Below, one piece after another: positions 11,538 to 21,737 of a stretch of 64,000 nucleotides of DNA. Origin of the DNA: Corallochytrium limacisporum Hawaii (taxonomy: Eukaryota; Protista; Pluriformea); NCBI GenBank assembly GCA_002811645.1, contig PDIP01000021.1, positions 232,040-296,039 of the forward strand. The letters run 5' to 3'. The notes under the pieces were generated by a model. That model was given only the letters and a program-made list of their open reading frames with translations, did no database searches and had not been told where the DNA came from. Numbering within the stretch: position 1 is the stretch's first letter; the number at the start of each line of letters is the position of its first letter. A program made the position numbers and the translations under genes.

Positions 11538-14500
11538 TTAGAGGTACGGTGCCCATCCAATGTACATTTCACATAGTTTTCTGAGGTCTGTGGCTTCATC
11601 AATTAGTGTGTTGACTTGCGCCTCCACACTGAGGGGCAAGGCTCTCTCTGACTTCTTGCCCTGAAGACGCATGTCAATGTCGTTGATTTTCTTTACATTG
11701 CGAGAACCCTTAAGGTCTAGAGTCGGGTCATGAACAAAGGACTTCATAACTATCATCAGCGCTTGCCGTTCCCGGCGCAACACGCGATAGGTTTCCTCGC
11801 ATGATTTTCGGAAGCCTCCCTCGATGCCTGTGGGTCCAAGTCCATCGACCACCTGACGGGTCAACCGGAAGGGCACCACTTCTGGCACACGCAGTTCGCC
11901 CCCCTTAAGGAAGAGACAGTTCCAGTCGACATGCAGGCACCGACCGGTTCGCTTGCAGTACAGAATATTCTCCGTATGCCGATCTCCGAGGCCTACAATC
12001 CAGCCGACAATGCACATTGCCGCTGTACTTCGCGCGTAGGCAAGTCGCGCTGAGTACCAGATACTTGGATCCTGGAAGTTGCCGATGAACCACTGATGGA
12101 GGATGGGAGGGAACCTTGGCAGCAGGAGCTTGTAGTAAAAGTCATAGTTGGACATGCGACCGCGCTGGGTCTTCTCGGTGAATAAAGAGTAGACCTGCTT
12201 GTGACTTAGTGTCGTGATGTTGGCAGTTTTGTAGGCGCTGGTAATCATGGATCGAAGATGACTCGTATCCTGGACCCATTCAATGATACCTGTGTCCTCA
12301 TTCACAGGGACAACTGCGTAAGTACTGATCTGGAGCTGACGGGTACGGCTGGGTTCGTGCTGTACCAAAAGGCGATTGATTAATCGATTAAGCTCCATCA
12401 TACGCTGATCCTTCCGCAAGTCATCCTTCGGCTTACACAGGAACGTGTATACCTTGCCGTCGCTGCCACAGACGCTGAATTTCTTCGGCTTCGCCAGGGA
12501 CGCCAGGACCTGAACCTCATCCCGCACACCAGTGATCGTTGGGTAGCCGTCATACGACAGGTTTCTGCCCACCTCAGGGTACAAAGACTGGGTAGTTGGT
12601 ACAATTACCTCCACCGGCATCATCCGCACAAGTTTTCGGAACTCCTTATTCACATTAAACGTGGACACATCTGATTGTGGCTTGTAGTTGGCCATGGTTA
12701 TGAGCTCATCCGCAAATAGGGCGTAGTTTGTGACCAACTTTTCCAACCGCTTGGGGTCGATGGTTGTCTTTGCGAAAGACGAGTGTTCCTTATCCTTCGA
12801 TGAAGACTTGGTCGGTCTCGTCGCCTCAGCATAGATTTCCTTGAACCGCACAGTACGATTCTTGTTCTTGGATTTCATGGCACCCAGCAAGGACCACATG
12901 ATCTGGTGGGGGAACCGATGGAGAAGACGCACAATCACTGTTCGAAGCGATGACCATACCTGCTGACTTGAGGGTTGCGTCATGCGACTGATCAAGTTTG
13001 ATGTCACCACCAACCATTGATAGTCCGGAATACGTGGAATCACCTCAAGTGCCACAGTGTTGTTCATTTGATCGTTCTGTGAATCATCGTAGTTACCTTC
13101 CAAGTTGGCATCTAACCACAGAGTCACCAGTCGAGGCAGTGCCTGGTGCATGTAGCGGTCATCCAGCCTCGCGGACATGTAATACGCACGGATAATTTCC
13201 ATTGTTCGATTGACCTCTCTACCTTCGACATCTGCCAGGGTATCATAGAACCCAGCCAGCAGGTACCATGCCTTTGATTCACCCTTGACGTTGCCGTTGT
13301 TCTTGGCATACGTTTGGACCTTCTCATAGGCTTCAATTACTTTGGTACTGTCGTGTCCAGTCTTTTGAGTCCACTTGGCGAAGAGCATGAGCGCTTTCTG
13401 GTTAGTGGTCACTTCTGTGCTTTCCAAACCTTCCCGTGATGTCTGACTCAGACCCGGAATGTAGTAGCGCTGCGCCGTTTCTTCGAGAATAGCAAGAGCC
13501 TTGTAGGTATCTCCCCAGGCATCGTAGACTTTGGCCGTCTCCACCTGAAGTGTTGCGGCATCACCATATGCCGCAGCTTCCAAAATCTTTGCGTTCGCTG
13601 TGTGATAGAGCTTGAGTTTCCGCGCACTCCGTGCCATCTGCACCAAGGTCTGCGAAAAATATTCGTTCCTCTTGTCCTCTGAAATTGTACCGTGACCATA
13701 CGCCACCTCCACCATACTCTTCTTCAAGGACAATACCGGTTCCACAATGTTGAACGATTTTGACATGGATGCCACCCGAACATCTAGATGATGTACCACG
13801 TCATGGAACCTTCCAGGTTCGTCGTTATCCCGATTGCTGACGACCGCAAACCAGTTGCGGAGGTCGTCCAAAAAGTGCAACTTTGCCCATTCATTGTAGT
13901 TCTGTTGGTAGCTATTACCTCGCGCGCCACTGCCAAGGTTTTGTCCGGCAATGGTTCGAGCAATGATGCTCTCACATGGCCCGACGAAAAGCTTCTGAAC
14001 GTCACAGTCTGCTGCATCAGTAACGCCAGCGATGCGTGCCATCCGACTGTATCGCTCAGTACTGGACCCATCGATCAGAGTTGGTGTCAAACGGTCAATA
14101 CATGATCCAATGAGTAGGTCAAAAGTGAAAGACTCCGGCACGTCAGCACTGGCGCCCAGCAAATGGTACTGGACTCCCGTTGGGCTAGTGGCAATGGCTG
14201 AGCGGCTTGCCTGTGCAGCCAGGTCACCCAAAGCGCTGCCGATGAAAGACGCACACAAGATATCCATACCCTGGTTCACGTGACGATTCAATTGCTCCCA
14301 ATTACCTAAACGCCACGAAGCATTGATCTGGTACGGTAAGAAATTCTTTTTCCAGTCCGGCTGGCGTGTCAGAATTCCTTCCATATGCAAATCAGCAAGA
14401 TTAATAGATCCGACAGTGAGTAAACTTTCAACCAAGCCACTTGCGAGACGTTGCGCATCATCAAGATTCTCCGCGGCAGCACTATTTAGATACGCCTGCT

Positions 14501-17500
14501 CGTAGCAGGTGACAGCGCGTGCCCAGTCACCCGCCACTTTGTAGTCCTGGGCGGCTTGGTCGATGGTGGTCGTTGGCCGCATTGCAGCGGCACCTGCAAC
14601 CCCGTCTGGATCTCCAACACCAGTAAAGATGGCATGTTGCAACGCCATAGTGGTCTCAGAAGATATGGATGCCCATGTCGTCTTCTTTTCGGCAAAGCGA
14701 TCAAGTGCGGAGCTCGGATCCTTTACGATCGGATTTCGCTTTGTTTGTCCAGTCACCCATGACAAGCCTTCTTCGAAGTAGTACAAGGCCCGAACAAAGC
14801 TCTGCGCTTTGATCGCCACTCTCGCCATCCAGTGTGGATCAATAGATTGGCGGAACTCAGACACTCTTTGCAGATAGGGAGCCAGCGGCTCTGTGGTCCA
14901 GAGGCCATCTATTCGGCCCGCTGGAAGGTCTCGGAAAGGTCCCGTCGCCGACGGCTTGTGTAAGATACGCGCCTGCTGCTGAAAGATTCGGTGAAGCTCA
15001 TCAAGTGTGGCAAACATTGTGAACACACACTGGTCAAGATCTGCTCTCCTTCCAGCATCCTCATCGGTCAGGTACATTTCTCCAATAGCTTTAAACTCTT
15101 CAATGATTTCGCGCGCAACGTCTGGTTGGTCCTCATTGGTGAGGATGTTCCACATAATGTACGGCAGGAGATGCATGGCCAAAGCGCTATCAGCATTGAT
15201 GGCGCCCCAACAAGCATCCATAACGTCTTTAGCCTTCCCACTCTCCAATTTTCCAATGAGGTAGCGGCTGAAATTGGCTAACCAGGTCTCAAACTTGACC
15301 CGTGTGCTTCGGAAGTATGGGAAAGATAGTGTGGGTGGCACCTTTCCAGAAAGACCATACTTGGATCTCAAAAATGGACGGATGGTTCTTTGGATCTCGC
15401 GGCTGAACGACCTCCATACCTCGTTACGGTCGAGATCTGGAGTTTCACGAAGACTGAGCAAGGACAGCAACCGCTGGATGGCAAAGGCGAATCGATCTTG
15501 CTTCGAGATCTGTTGTGCACTAATCAAGGCCTTGTACAAGTAGTCACGGATCAAAGAAATCACAAACTCATCGTGCTCAGCGGTAATGGCTATCTCAATT
15601 CCACGAGAGAGATGAACCTGGCGGTTGGAGCGCAATGCACCCTCGCTCAACAAGCCGGGATCAATAGCGCCAAGCGTACCGAGGCACCTTAAGGCAAGCT
15701 GACGGCACTTTTCAACGCTGTCCGTCACTGCTTGCACAAGACCCTGAACAATCCAAGACACGGATGAACGAGACCGAGTGTCGCCCTTGGGTGCACGGAG
15801 CAAAAGGTCCTGTCCCCATCGATTGACCAGCCGCAGGAGGACCTCGAGGCTCAGCCGCCGAACTGCATCACTGTCATGAGAGATTGCATGACACAGACTT
15901 CGCCAGACTCCGGGATCTGGACACCGCTCTCCGGGTACATCAATAGCACCGCCGCTAGCGTGAACAGACTTGCGGTAATCCTTTAAGCTTTCAGGAAGGT
16001 ATACAATCTTGGAGTAGTATTCCTTTACGAATACTCGCTTCTCGTACAGCAGGATGCGGGCCACATCGTTGAACGTAGACTTGAGAAGCTGAATGCGACT
16101 GTCATTCGACTCACCACTGCATGCTTGCCTGTACGTACTTGTAATCCAACCCTCGGTCTCCAGTAAGAAGATAGCAATGATTACTGGGCTCATCGCACCG
16201 ATTCCATCATCCGGCAATTTGTTGATGAACACCATCCATCCCCGACATGCCAGGCTCACCAGATCTGCGTCTTCCAGAGCAGATCGCAATAGCAAAATAA
16301 CCTTTGGCGCGATCGCCACCAAGTGATTGTGATCCGGAACCACTTCAAGCAAGCGAATCACACTCGCAATGGCGCACTTTCTCTCCCATATTGAAGTGTC
16401 AGGCCGAACAAAGCGATTATTCAAATCAGTTAGACAACCCAGTACAGCCTGCTGTAACAGTTTGTAGCGACTGCCCGTCATGTCAGGGTCAAGGAGCTCA
16501 TTGATCGCATCCAAGGTACGGAACATCATTGCATCATACTGCTCATCCAAGGACTCATTGCTCACGTAGGATTTACCGACCATGGTTGCCCAGAGTACAT
16601 ACAGCGGAGTCTGCTTGCGTTCGAGCAATTTCCTAAGATCAATCGGGTCTTCCTCCGAGTTTGCCTCATGCACCAAAAACTCCAGTGTGTTTGAAAGTTG
16701 TGTCTGAGACGTCTCATCCGCGCCACCTTTGCACAAGACGTGCAGAACAATTGCATGGGATTGGTTTCTGACCAGCTCAATGGTATCATTCTTTGTGTCA
16801 TAGTACTCTGACAAGATAACAATCATATCGTGAGATCGCAGGCGGACGGCCACAGACAGCAAAATCGATATCTTCGACCGCACCAGTTCGGTGACATTGC
16901 TGTTGAAGAACACATCCGCCAAATGATTCAATCGCTTGTCAACCATGGCATCCCAATCTTGAAGTGGTGTCGAGTCGTCTTTGTCAACCACTGCTCTGAC
17001 ATAGTGTTCGATGACGTTGTCCTCAATCTCAGAAACGTCGAATTTCTGCGCAATCTTGGCTTTCCGGAAAAACGCTTGCATTCCTCGGCGTGCAGTCTCG
17101 GATACAAGCAGTCGATCGCAAAAGCAGACCTCTAGGAGACTGTGCAACAGAGTGAGCCATTCATCCGGGGGCCTGAATAAGCCGTCCACAGCATCCACAA
17201 AGTATGCGAGTATGCTCTGTCCCATACTTACAAAATGAAGCGCTTGTACCATTTTTTCGTCCACGGTAACGCAATCTGTGATGCATTGAGTGGCGATCGC
17301 AATGAATTCGGACAGCTCATATGTGGTCTCCCGCGAGCTCCACACCGCAAAAACTAGGGTCGGCATGATTGCTCTGATACTGTCCCACATATTCTGATCA
17401 CCATTTTTGTACTCATCTAATATGAAGGCAATCAGGCCGGGCAGAGTCAAGAGCTCGTCAAACCATTCTGTTCCAATGTGTGCCAGGCTGGCAAGCCCTT

Positions 17501-19565
17501 CTATGATGATCATTCGAACATCATATGACGACGACAAGTTCGTCCAGTGTGATCGTGCGGCATCAAAAATTGCTAGGGACTGTGCAACTCCTTCACGGCT
17601 CGATGGTTGTGGCAAATTCAGCAGCTCACGGACACGAAAGAGGTCTCTATCTTTTGCCGCGCGCGCTGTACTCTCCAAGATCAAATGAGAAAGTTGTTCA
17701 TGGTGATGATCAGCATTTTGCAGTGCCCAGAACATGTAGTCTTCCGAAAGATCAAAGTTTAAAACGTACGGCTCGCTGGATTTCACCACTCGTAGTAATG
17801 CCAACGCAGTTTCCTGAATCGATGGCATCTGCAGCATTGTGTCAGAAGAAGGAACGAGCTGAAGGAAGCGATTGACTGCACTTCCAATTTTCTCCCTGAA
17901 GTGCTCGTCGATAACCTCTCTGGGTCGCTCCACAGGATGTACACTTGGGTACTGCTCCTTCAGTGACAGATTAAAGATCGTGTTCGTGTATGTGGCGAAT
18001 GAACCAGCGACCTGGCGGCACACTTGGGAATCACCCCAAAACATCCATGTGGATGTCAGCAAAGTGCCATGCACATACCAGTCCCGCTGCGTCCTGTTCG
18101 TCTTGTTCCAGAAGCCAGCGACTTCATCCATGATGCCTTTGAAGCCATCTTCTGGTGCTATTGACAACGACTTGAGGGTATTGCCCTTTCGCAGTCGATC
18201 ATTGGATGGCATATTGATCGTCAAAGACCTCCAAGTGTGGATGTCCTTCTCTAGGAAGTACGTCGGGACATTACACAGCACCTGTGCTGCGTTCTCGAAT
18301 TCAAAGGAGGGTAGGTGCGATGGTCTCATGGCTTCATACACGCTTTGCAGTAATGGCAGTGACACATGACCCTTGGTACAATCATGCTGCAGAAGCTCCA
18401 CAACAAGAACTTGGCACAGAATGCTGTGTAGAACCTGTGCTTGGTCTGATGGTCGACCAAGCAGGTCTTCAATTCCACGTCGTACAGCGTCTGCCAAGTA
18501 CATGCTTTCACCACGCATGGCTATATAAGCTCGCCCAATCAATGCATACCGTACCAGATCTGTGATTTCACTTGGCCGCGCTGAGGACATGACTGAACTG
18601 GAGACAACAAGCCTCGCAGCAGCATCTAGCGCACGCGGACGTAACGCTCGTCCTTTGGCGAAGAACTGTATCATATTACTAGCATCGTCATAGGACATCC
18701 GGGACGTCGGCTCGCTAAGGAACTCGCCGATGCTCAGAACCAGAGTGGATAGAGTTGATGTGTCCAAGGATAGGAGGTCTTCATATTGATGGCTGATTTG
18801 CTTAAGTAGTAAGAAGTAACCCTCTGGGAACTCCTCCCGGTTGCATCCGCCCGACTCGAACAACCACGATATACTTCCCGGAACCGACTGGCAGGAGTGC
18901 GAAACCAGGCTCAAACATGTCTCCAGTGTGACTTGTTTGTTGGCCTCTGTTACAAACACCGCGGCTTCGGTGCCATCCTTTGTGATCCCCAACAGAAAAT
19001 CGATGTGTGCCGTGCTCTCTATCTCATAGCGGCACATCGTCGCCAGTTGACATACAAACACGGATAACAACTGTAGTAACTCCTTGAAGGCATTCATGTT
19101 TGCACGAACAATGGCATTTACAAGTGATTGATTAAATTTCAAGGCATGGTTTTGCAACCGCGCCGAGCTTGCACTCTGTAGTCTAATGCCCACCGCCAGA
19201 GCTTGCCTCCAATCTATGCTAATTGGGACCACTGCCGTGTTGTAGTAGATTATGTCGACGTCTTCGTTCTCAAGGACACCAGCGATGAAGTGGAGAACAG
19301 AACATGCGCTGTTCTCAAGATCCCGTGATACATCAGTTTTAGTCAGCTCCGATATCGGGTTCTGGACGTACTCAACAAACAGGGGTACTGCGTCGTTGGC
19401 CACCCGCTCCACATTACCCGTTTCGATTAGACCCCTCAGTCGTTGCAATGGCGATTGCAAACTGACATTCTGCTGTGCTCGGACAGATACCGGAGTTCCC
19501 TGCATCTGCCTGCGCTTACCGTTTGGTGTAATTTTCGGCGCCAGACCGCGCGCAGACGCAACCAT
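11538..19565 (-). CDS. ATR: Serine/threonine kinase ATR/Mec1/Rad3 (PIKK), single 8-kb ORF
   Basis: 2675 aa; helical N-terminus, QDRFAFAIQRLL, FAT region, kinase motifs LCKPKDDLRKD, GLGDRHTENIL, VPEVVPFRLT and FATC ending MYIGWAPYL. Confidence 0.96.
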   Translation of the reverse strand: MVASARGLAPKITPNGKRRQMQGTPVSVRAQQNVSLQSPLQRLRGLIETGNVERVANDAVPLFVEYVQNPISELTKTDVSRDLENSACSVLHFIAGVLENEDVDIIYYNTAVVPISIDWRQALAVGIRLQSASSARLQNHALKFNQSLVNAIVRANMNAFKELLQLLSVFVCQLATMCRYEIESTAHIDFLLGITKDGTEAAVFVTEANKQVTLETCLSLVSHSCQSVPGSISWLFESGGCNREEFPEGYFLLLKQISHQYEDLLSLDTSTLSTLVLSIGEFLSEPTSRMSYDDASNMIQFFAKGRALRPRALDAAARLVVSSSVMSSARPSEITDLVRYALIGRAYIAMRGESMYLADAVRRGIEDLLGRPSDQAQVLHSILCQVLVVELLQHDCTKGHVSLPLLQSVYEAMRPSHLPSFEFENAAQVLCNVPTYFLEKDIHTWRSLTINMPSNDRLRKGNTLKSLSIAPEDGFKGIMDEVAGFWNKTNRTQRDWYVHGTLLTSTWMFWGDSQVCRQVAGSFATYTNTIFNLSLKEQYPSVHPVERPREVIDEHFREKIGSAVNRFLQLVPSSDTMLQMPSIQETALALLRVVKSSEPYVLNFDLSEDYMFWALQNADHHHEQLSHLILESTARAAKDRDLFRVRELLNLPQPSSREGVAQSLAIFDAARSHWTNLSSSYDVRMIIIEGLASLAHIGTEWFDELLTLPGLIAFILDEYKNGDQNMWDSIRAIMPTLVFAVWSSRETTYELSEFIAIATQCITDCVTVDEKMVQALHFVSMGQSILAYFVDAVDGLFRPPDEWLTLLHSLLEVCFCDRLLVSETARRGMQAFFRKAKIAQKFDVSEIEDNVIEHYVRAVVDKDDSTPLQDWDAMVDKRLNHLADVFFNSNVTELVRSKISILLSVAVRLRSHDMIVILSEYYDTKNDTIELVRNQSHAIVLHVLCKGGADETSQTQLSNTLEFLVHEANSEEDPIDLRKLLERKQTPLYVLWATMVGKSYVSNESLDEQYDAMMFRTLDAINELLDPDMTGSRYKLLQQAVLGCLTDLNNRFVRPDTSIWERKCAIASVIRLLEVVPDHNHLVAIAPKVILLLRSALEDADLVSLACRGWMVFINKLPDDGIGAMSPVIIAIFLLETEGWITSTYRQACSGESNDSRIQLLKSTFNDVARILLYEKRVFVKEYYSKIVYLPESLKDYRKSVHASGGAIDVPGERCPDPGVWRSLCHAISHDSDAVRRLSLEVLLRLVNRWGQDLLLRAPKGDTRSRSSVSWIVQGLVQAVTDSVEKCRQLALRCLGTLGAIDPGLLSEGALRSNRQVHLSRGIEIAITAEHDEFVISLIRDYLYKALISAQQISKQDRFAFAIQRLLSLLSLRETPDLDRNEVWRSFSREIQRTIRPFLRSKYGLSGKVPPTLSFPYFRSTRVKFETWLANFSRYLIGKLESGKAKDVMDACWGAINADSALAMHLLPYIMWNILTNEDQPDVAREIIEEFKAIGEMYLTDEDAGRRADLDQCVFTMFATLDELHRIFQQQARILHKPSATGPFRDLPAGRIDGLWTTEPLAPYLQRVSEFRQSIDPHWMARVAIKAQSFVRALYYFEEGLSWVTGQTKRNPIVKDPSSALDRFAEKKTTWASISSETTMALQHAIFTGVGDPDGVAGAAAMRPTTTIDQAAQDYKVAGDWARAVTCYEQAYLNSAAAENLDDAQRLASGLVESLLTVGSINLADLHMEGILTRQPDWKKNFLPYQINASWRLGNWEQLNRHVNQGMDILCASFIGSALGDLAAQASRSAIATSPTGVQYHLLGASADVPESFTFDLLIGSCIDRLTPTLIDGSSTERYSRMARIAGVTDAADCDVQKLFVGPCESIIARTIAGQNLGSGARGNSYQQNYNEWAKLHFLDDLRNWFAVVSNRDNDEPGRFHDVVHHLDVRVASMSKSFNIVEPVLSLKKSMVEVAYGHGTISEDKRNEYFSQTLVQMARSARKLKLYHTANAKILEAAAYGDAATLQVETAKVYDAWGDTYKALAILEETAQRYYIPGLSQTSREGLESTEVTTNQKALMLFAKWTQKTGHDSTKVIEAYEKVQTYAKNNGNVKGESKAWYLLAGFYDTLADVEGREVNRTMEIIRAYYMSARLDDRYMHQALPRLVTLWLDANLEGNYDDSQNDQMNNTVALEVIPRIPDYQWLVVTSNLISRMTQPSSQQVWSSLRTVIVRLLHRFPHQIMWSLLGAMKSKNKNRTVRFKEIYAEATRPTKSSSKDKEHSSFAKTTIDPKRLEKLVTNYALFADELITMANYKPQSDVSTFNVNKEFRKLVRMMPVEVIVPTTQSLYPEVGRNLSYDGYPTITGVRDEVQVLASLAKPKKFSVCGSDGKVYTFLCKPKDDLRKDQRMMELNRLINRLLVQHEPSRTRQLQISTYAVVPVNEDTGIIEWVQDTSHLRSMITSAYKTANITTLSHKQVYSLFTEKTQRGRMSNYDFYYKLLLPRFPPILHQWFIGNFQDPSIWYSARLAYARSTAAMCIVGWIVGLGDRHTENILYCKRTGRCLHVDWNCLFLKGGELRVPEVVPFRLTRQVVDGLGPTGIEGGFRKSCEETYRVLRRERQALMIVMKSFVHDPTLDLKGSRNVKKINDIDMRLQGKKSERALPLSVEAQVNTLIDEATDLRKLCEMYIGWAPYL

Positions 19566-19924
19566 GATCTTATCCCAGGTCCCACATCAAGACTTGCATC
19601 AGAGGTTTTTGGATAGCCATGATCAATGGTGACTGATTTACTGTGCATTCTGCATTTGGTATGTGCGTTTGGGGTGCGGTTGCACCATGCTTCTATATAC
19701 CTCATCGGACCATTTGAATCCTTTCACATCACCCGTGTAGACTCTTGGTCTCGAGGGCCTTTCGCTGAGGCTGTTCGGACAGCTGGGTAAGATCCTCTCT
19801 CTCCCTATCCTGCAGGAATTGGGTTTGGGGCGTGGGTGGCAAACACCATCTAGTACACTGCTGCCCAACCTGCCTCGGTCTCCGCTGGTGGTCTCCTATT
19901 CAGCGCAAGGAGAAGGAGTGATAG

Positions 19925-19996
19925 CCAATATACTACGGCGTTGACCAGGCCGATGTGAAACCTTGTTCGCCCGCGCGTGTTCGCGCGCATTCGCCC
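19925..19996. promoter_or_regulatory. CCAAT box plus three tandem TTCGC(C/G)C E2F-like units in the ATR / C22orf39-like divergent promoter
   Basis: AGCCAAT at 19923-19929; GTTCGCCCGCGC-GTGTTCGCGCGC-ATTCGCCC at 19965-19996, then poly-A. Confidence 0.35.
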
Positions 19997-20160
19997 AAAA
20001 AAAAAAAGTGTGCCTCCGGGGCCGGAAAAGCCAGCGCACTAAAAGGCTGAGCTCAGCGCTTAGAACGGGCCGGGAGGGTCGCGCTTGACCTGTGGCGAAC
20101 GAGCGTATCCTCGGAACCCGTGCTCGTCCACAGTGTAGTGCGAAAGCTTGTTTTCTAAAG

Positions 20161-20255
20161 GTATGTAAGAATTCGATTTATGGTAGACAAATGATTCTCT
20201 ATCAAGGTATTGTGAGAATTCAAAGTTTTGATTAGGCCCGAAAGGGAAAGAATAG
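20161..20255 (+). other. Candidate 5'-UTR intron(s) of the C22orf39/EMI1-like gene
   Basis: AAG|GTATGT at 20161, second AAG|GTATTG at 20207; TAG acceptors ending at 20186, 20235 and 20255; ATG at 20266. Confidence 0.5.
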
Positions 20256-20265
20256 GACCGAGACC

Positions 20266-20634
20266 ATGGATCTCGAAGTCACTGCTGGCATGGAGAAGCC
20301 TCCGTGGAAGTGTGCAGACCTAGGGGATCGGTATTACTATTGCATGTCTCCTGCAGGTCAATGGAAGTACTACTATCGGTATGGCACTGTCTCAGACTGC
20401 AAAATGGAATGGGAAGACTTGAAGTCTTGCATAAAAGCACATGTAGCTGTCGACAATAGAGACAAGTGGGAGTACTTCAACAAACGGAAGAAAGCGGCAG
20501 AAGAAGCCGCCGTCCCGAAAGAGCATCTTTGGGAATACCGTGATAGTCCACCAGAAGAATTTGAAACCTGGGCCGAGAAGGCCAGACAGCGTACACAGCA
20601 GCAACAGCAGCAGTCACAGTCGCAGCCATCGTAG
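20266..20634 (+). CDS. C22orf39 / EMI1-like (DUF3128) small cysteine-motif protein
   Basis: CADLGDRYYYCMSPAGQWKYYYRYGTVSDCKMEWEDLKSC and C-terminal HLWEYRDSPP match my recollection of the family. Confidence 0.8.
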   Translation: MDLEVTAGMEKPPWKCADLGDRYYYCMSPAGQWKYYYRYGTVSDCKMEWEDLKSCIKAHVAVDNRDKWEYFNKRKKAAEEAAVPKEHLWEYRDSPPEEFETWAEKARQRTQQQQQQSQSQPS

Positions 20635-21123
20635 CAACCTTTGCTGGCAATCTTAGTATTGGGAAAAAAGTAGACAGCACACAATCCCACCGCCACCGCG
20701 ATGGGGCTCGTGGTAGTGGAAAGTTTTATTAACTAAATAGAGCACAAATAGTAAAGAAATGTGGGTCACACTGGTGCTCCGCACCTGGATATTCCTATCT
20801 TTGTACAGTGGAGGTTGGGGAGGGGGTTTTCTTCCCATGAAGGGTGTCAGGAACCAATCAGAGCCAAAGTAACATTCAAACGATGGCAGTGACTTCCCTT
20901 GAAGTTCGCAAAGGCGAAAAACGGTGCGGGTACGTCAAGGTACATCTCGCAGTGAGCAAGGACAATCCTGCAGACCTTATGACATTGCTAAGTATCCTTC
21001 ATGAGAGCGTACTTTCCAAGTGTAGAGGTGCACAATAAAGAAATTATATCACCACCGAGGAATTCTACGCACTGTTGCCGTCAGGGATAGGCCACAGTCA
21101 CGGCTGTGCTTTCGTTCACAACA

Positions 21124-21654
21124 ATGGGTAGAGGCGGCCAACAAGATCCCCTCCAAGAGGGAAGTCACACGAGCGACGGAAGACCCTTGGCCCCAATAGA
21201 GCACTTCTTCAAATTCGAGACTCTTGAAGAGCTTGTGAATACCGGCCAGCTAGACGTGCTGGTCCGTTCGGTGCCGATGCATAAAGAGTACAGAACATTC
21301 CGAAATGAACATGTCAAAGAATGGCGGACCATGACGGACTCGTTGAGGCACCGAGTGTTTGGCCGTGAGCCTAAGGTAGATCCACACACTGGGCTGAAGT
21401 ACACAGATCCGATCCCACCTGAGGAGCCCATCAAGTATGCACTCCTTCCGAATGACTTCCCCTATGCAGTGGACAAAGGCATCGAGCACTACGTCTTCTG
21501 GGCAAGTCAGAACATCTCAGACTTCTCCATCATTGACCAATACGTGAAGGAGAAGTTCAATAAACGACGGTACATCTACTTCGAGAACCCCGTCGAGCTC
21601 AAGAGTGTGTTGGACTTGTGGCACGCTCATGTCTTCATCGATGCTCCTAAGTAG
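21124..21654 (+). CDS. DUF3605 family HIT-like protein (Candida Gig1 / yeast Htc1-like)
   Basis: LLPNDFPYAVDKGIEHYVFW and YFENPVELKSVLDLWHAHVF motifs; first ATG at 21124. Confidence 0.85.
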   Translation: MGRGGQQDPLQEGSHTSDGRPLAPIEHFFKFETLEELVNTGQLDVLVRSVPMHKEYRTFRNEHVKEWRTMTDSLRHRVFGREPKVDPHTGLKYTDPIPPEEPIKYALLPNDFPYAVDKGIEHYVFWASQNISDFSIIDQYVKEKFNKRRYIYFENPVELKSVLDLWHAHVFIDAPK

Positions 21655-21737
21655 ATATGCCTTCAAATATTTAGTTCTTCAATTCTATATAGATATATAC
21701 GCACATACATACTTGTATCCATAGCTCGCATAGTCAT

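Noticed and set aside
20992-20999. GTATCCTT, a U12-type donor consensus upstream of the DUF3605 gene
   Set aside because: No TCCTTAAC-type branch site downstream; a single 8-mer is expected by chance in 64 kb.
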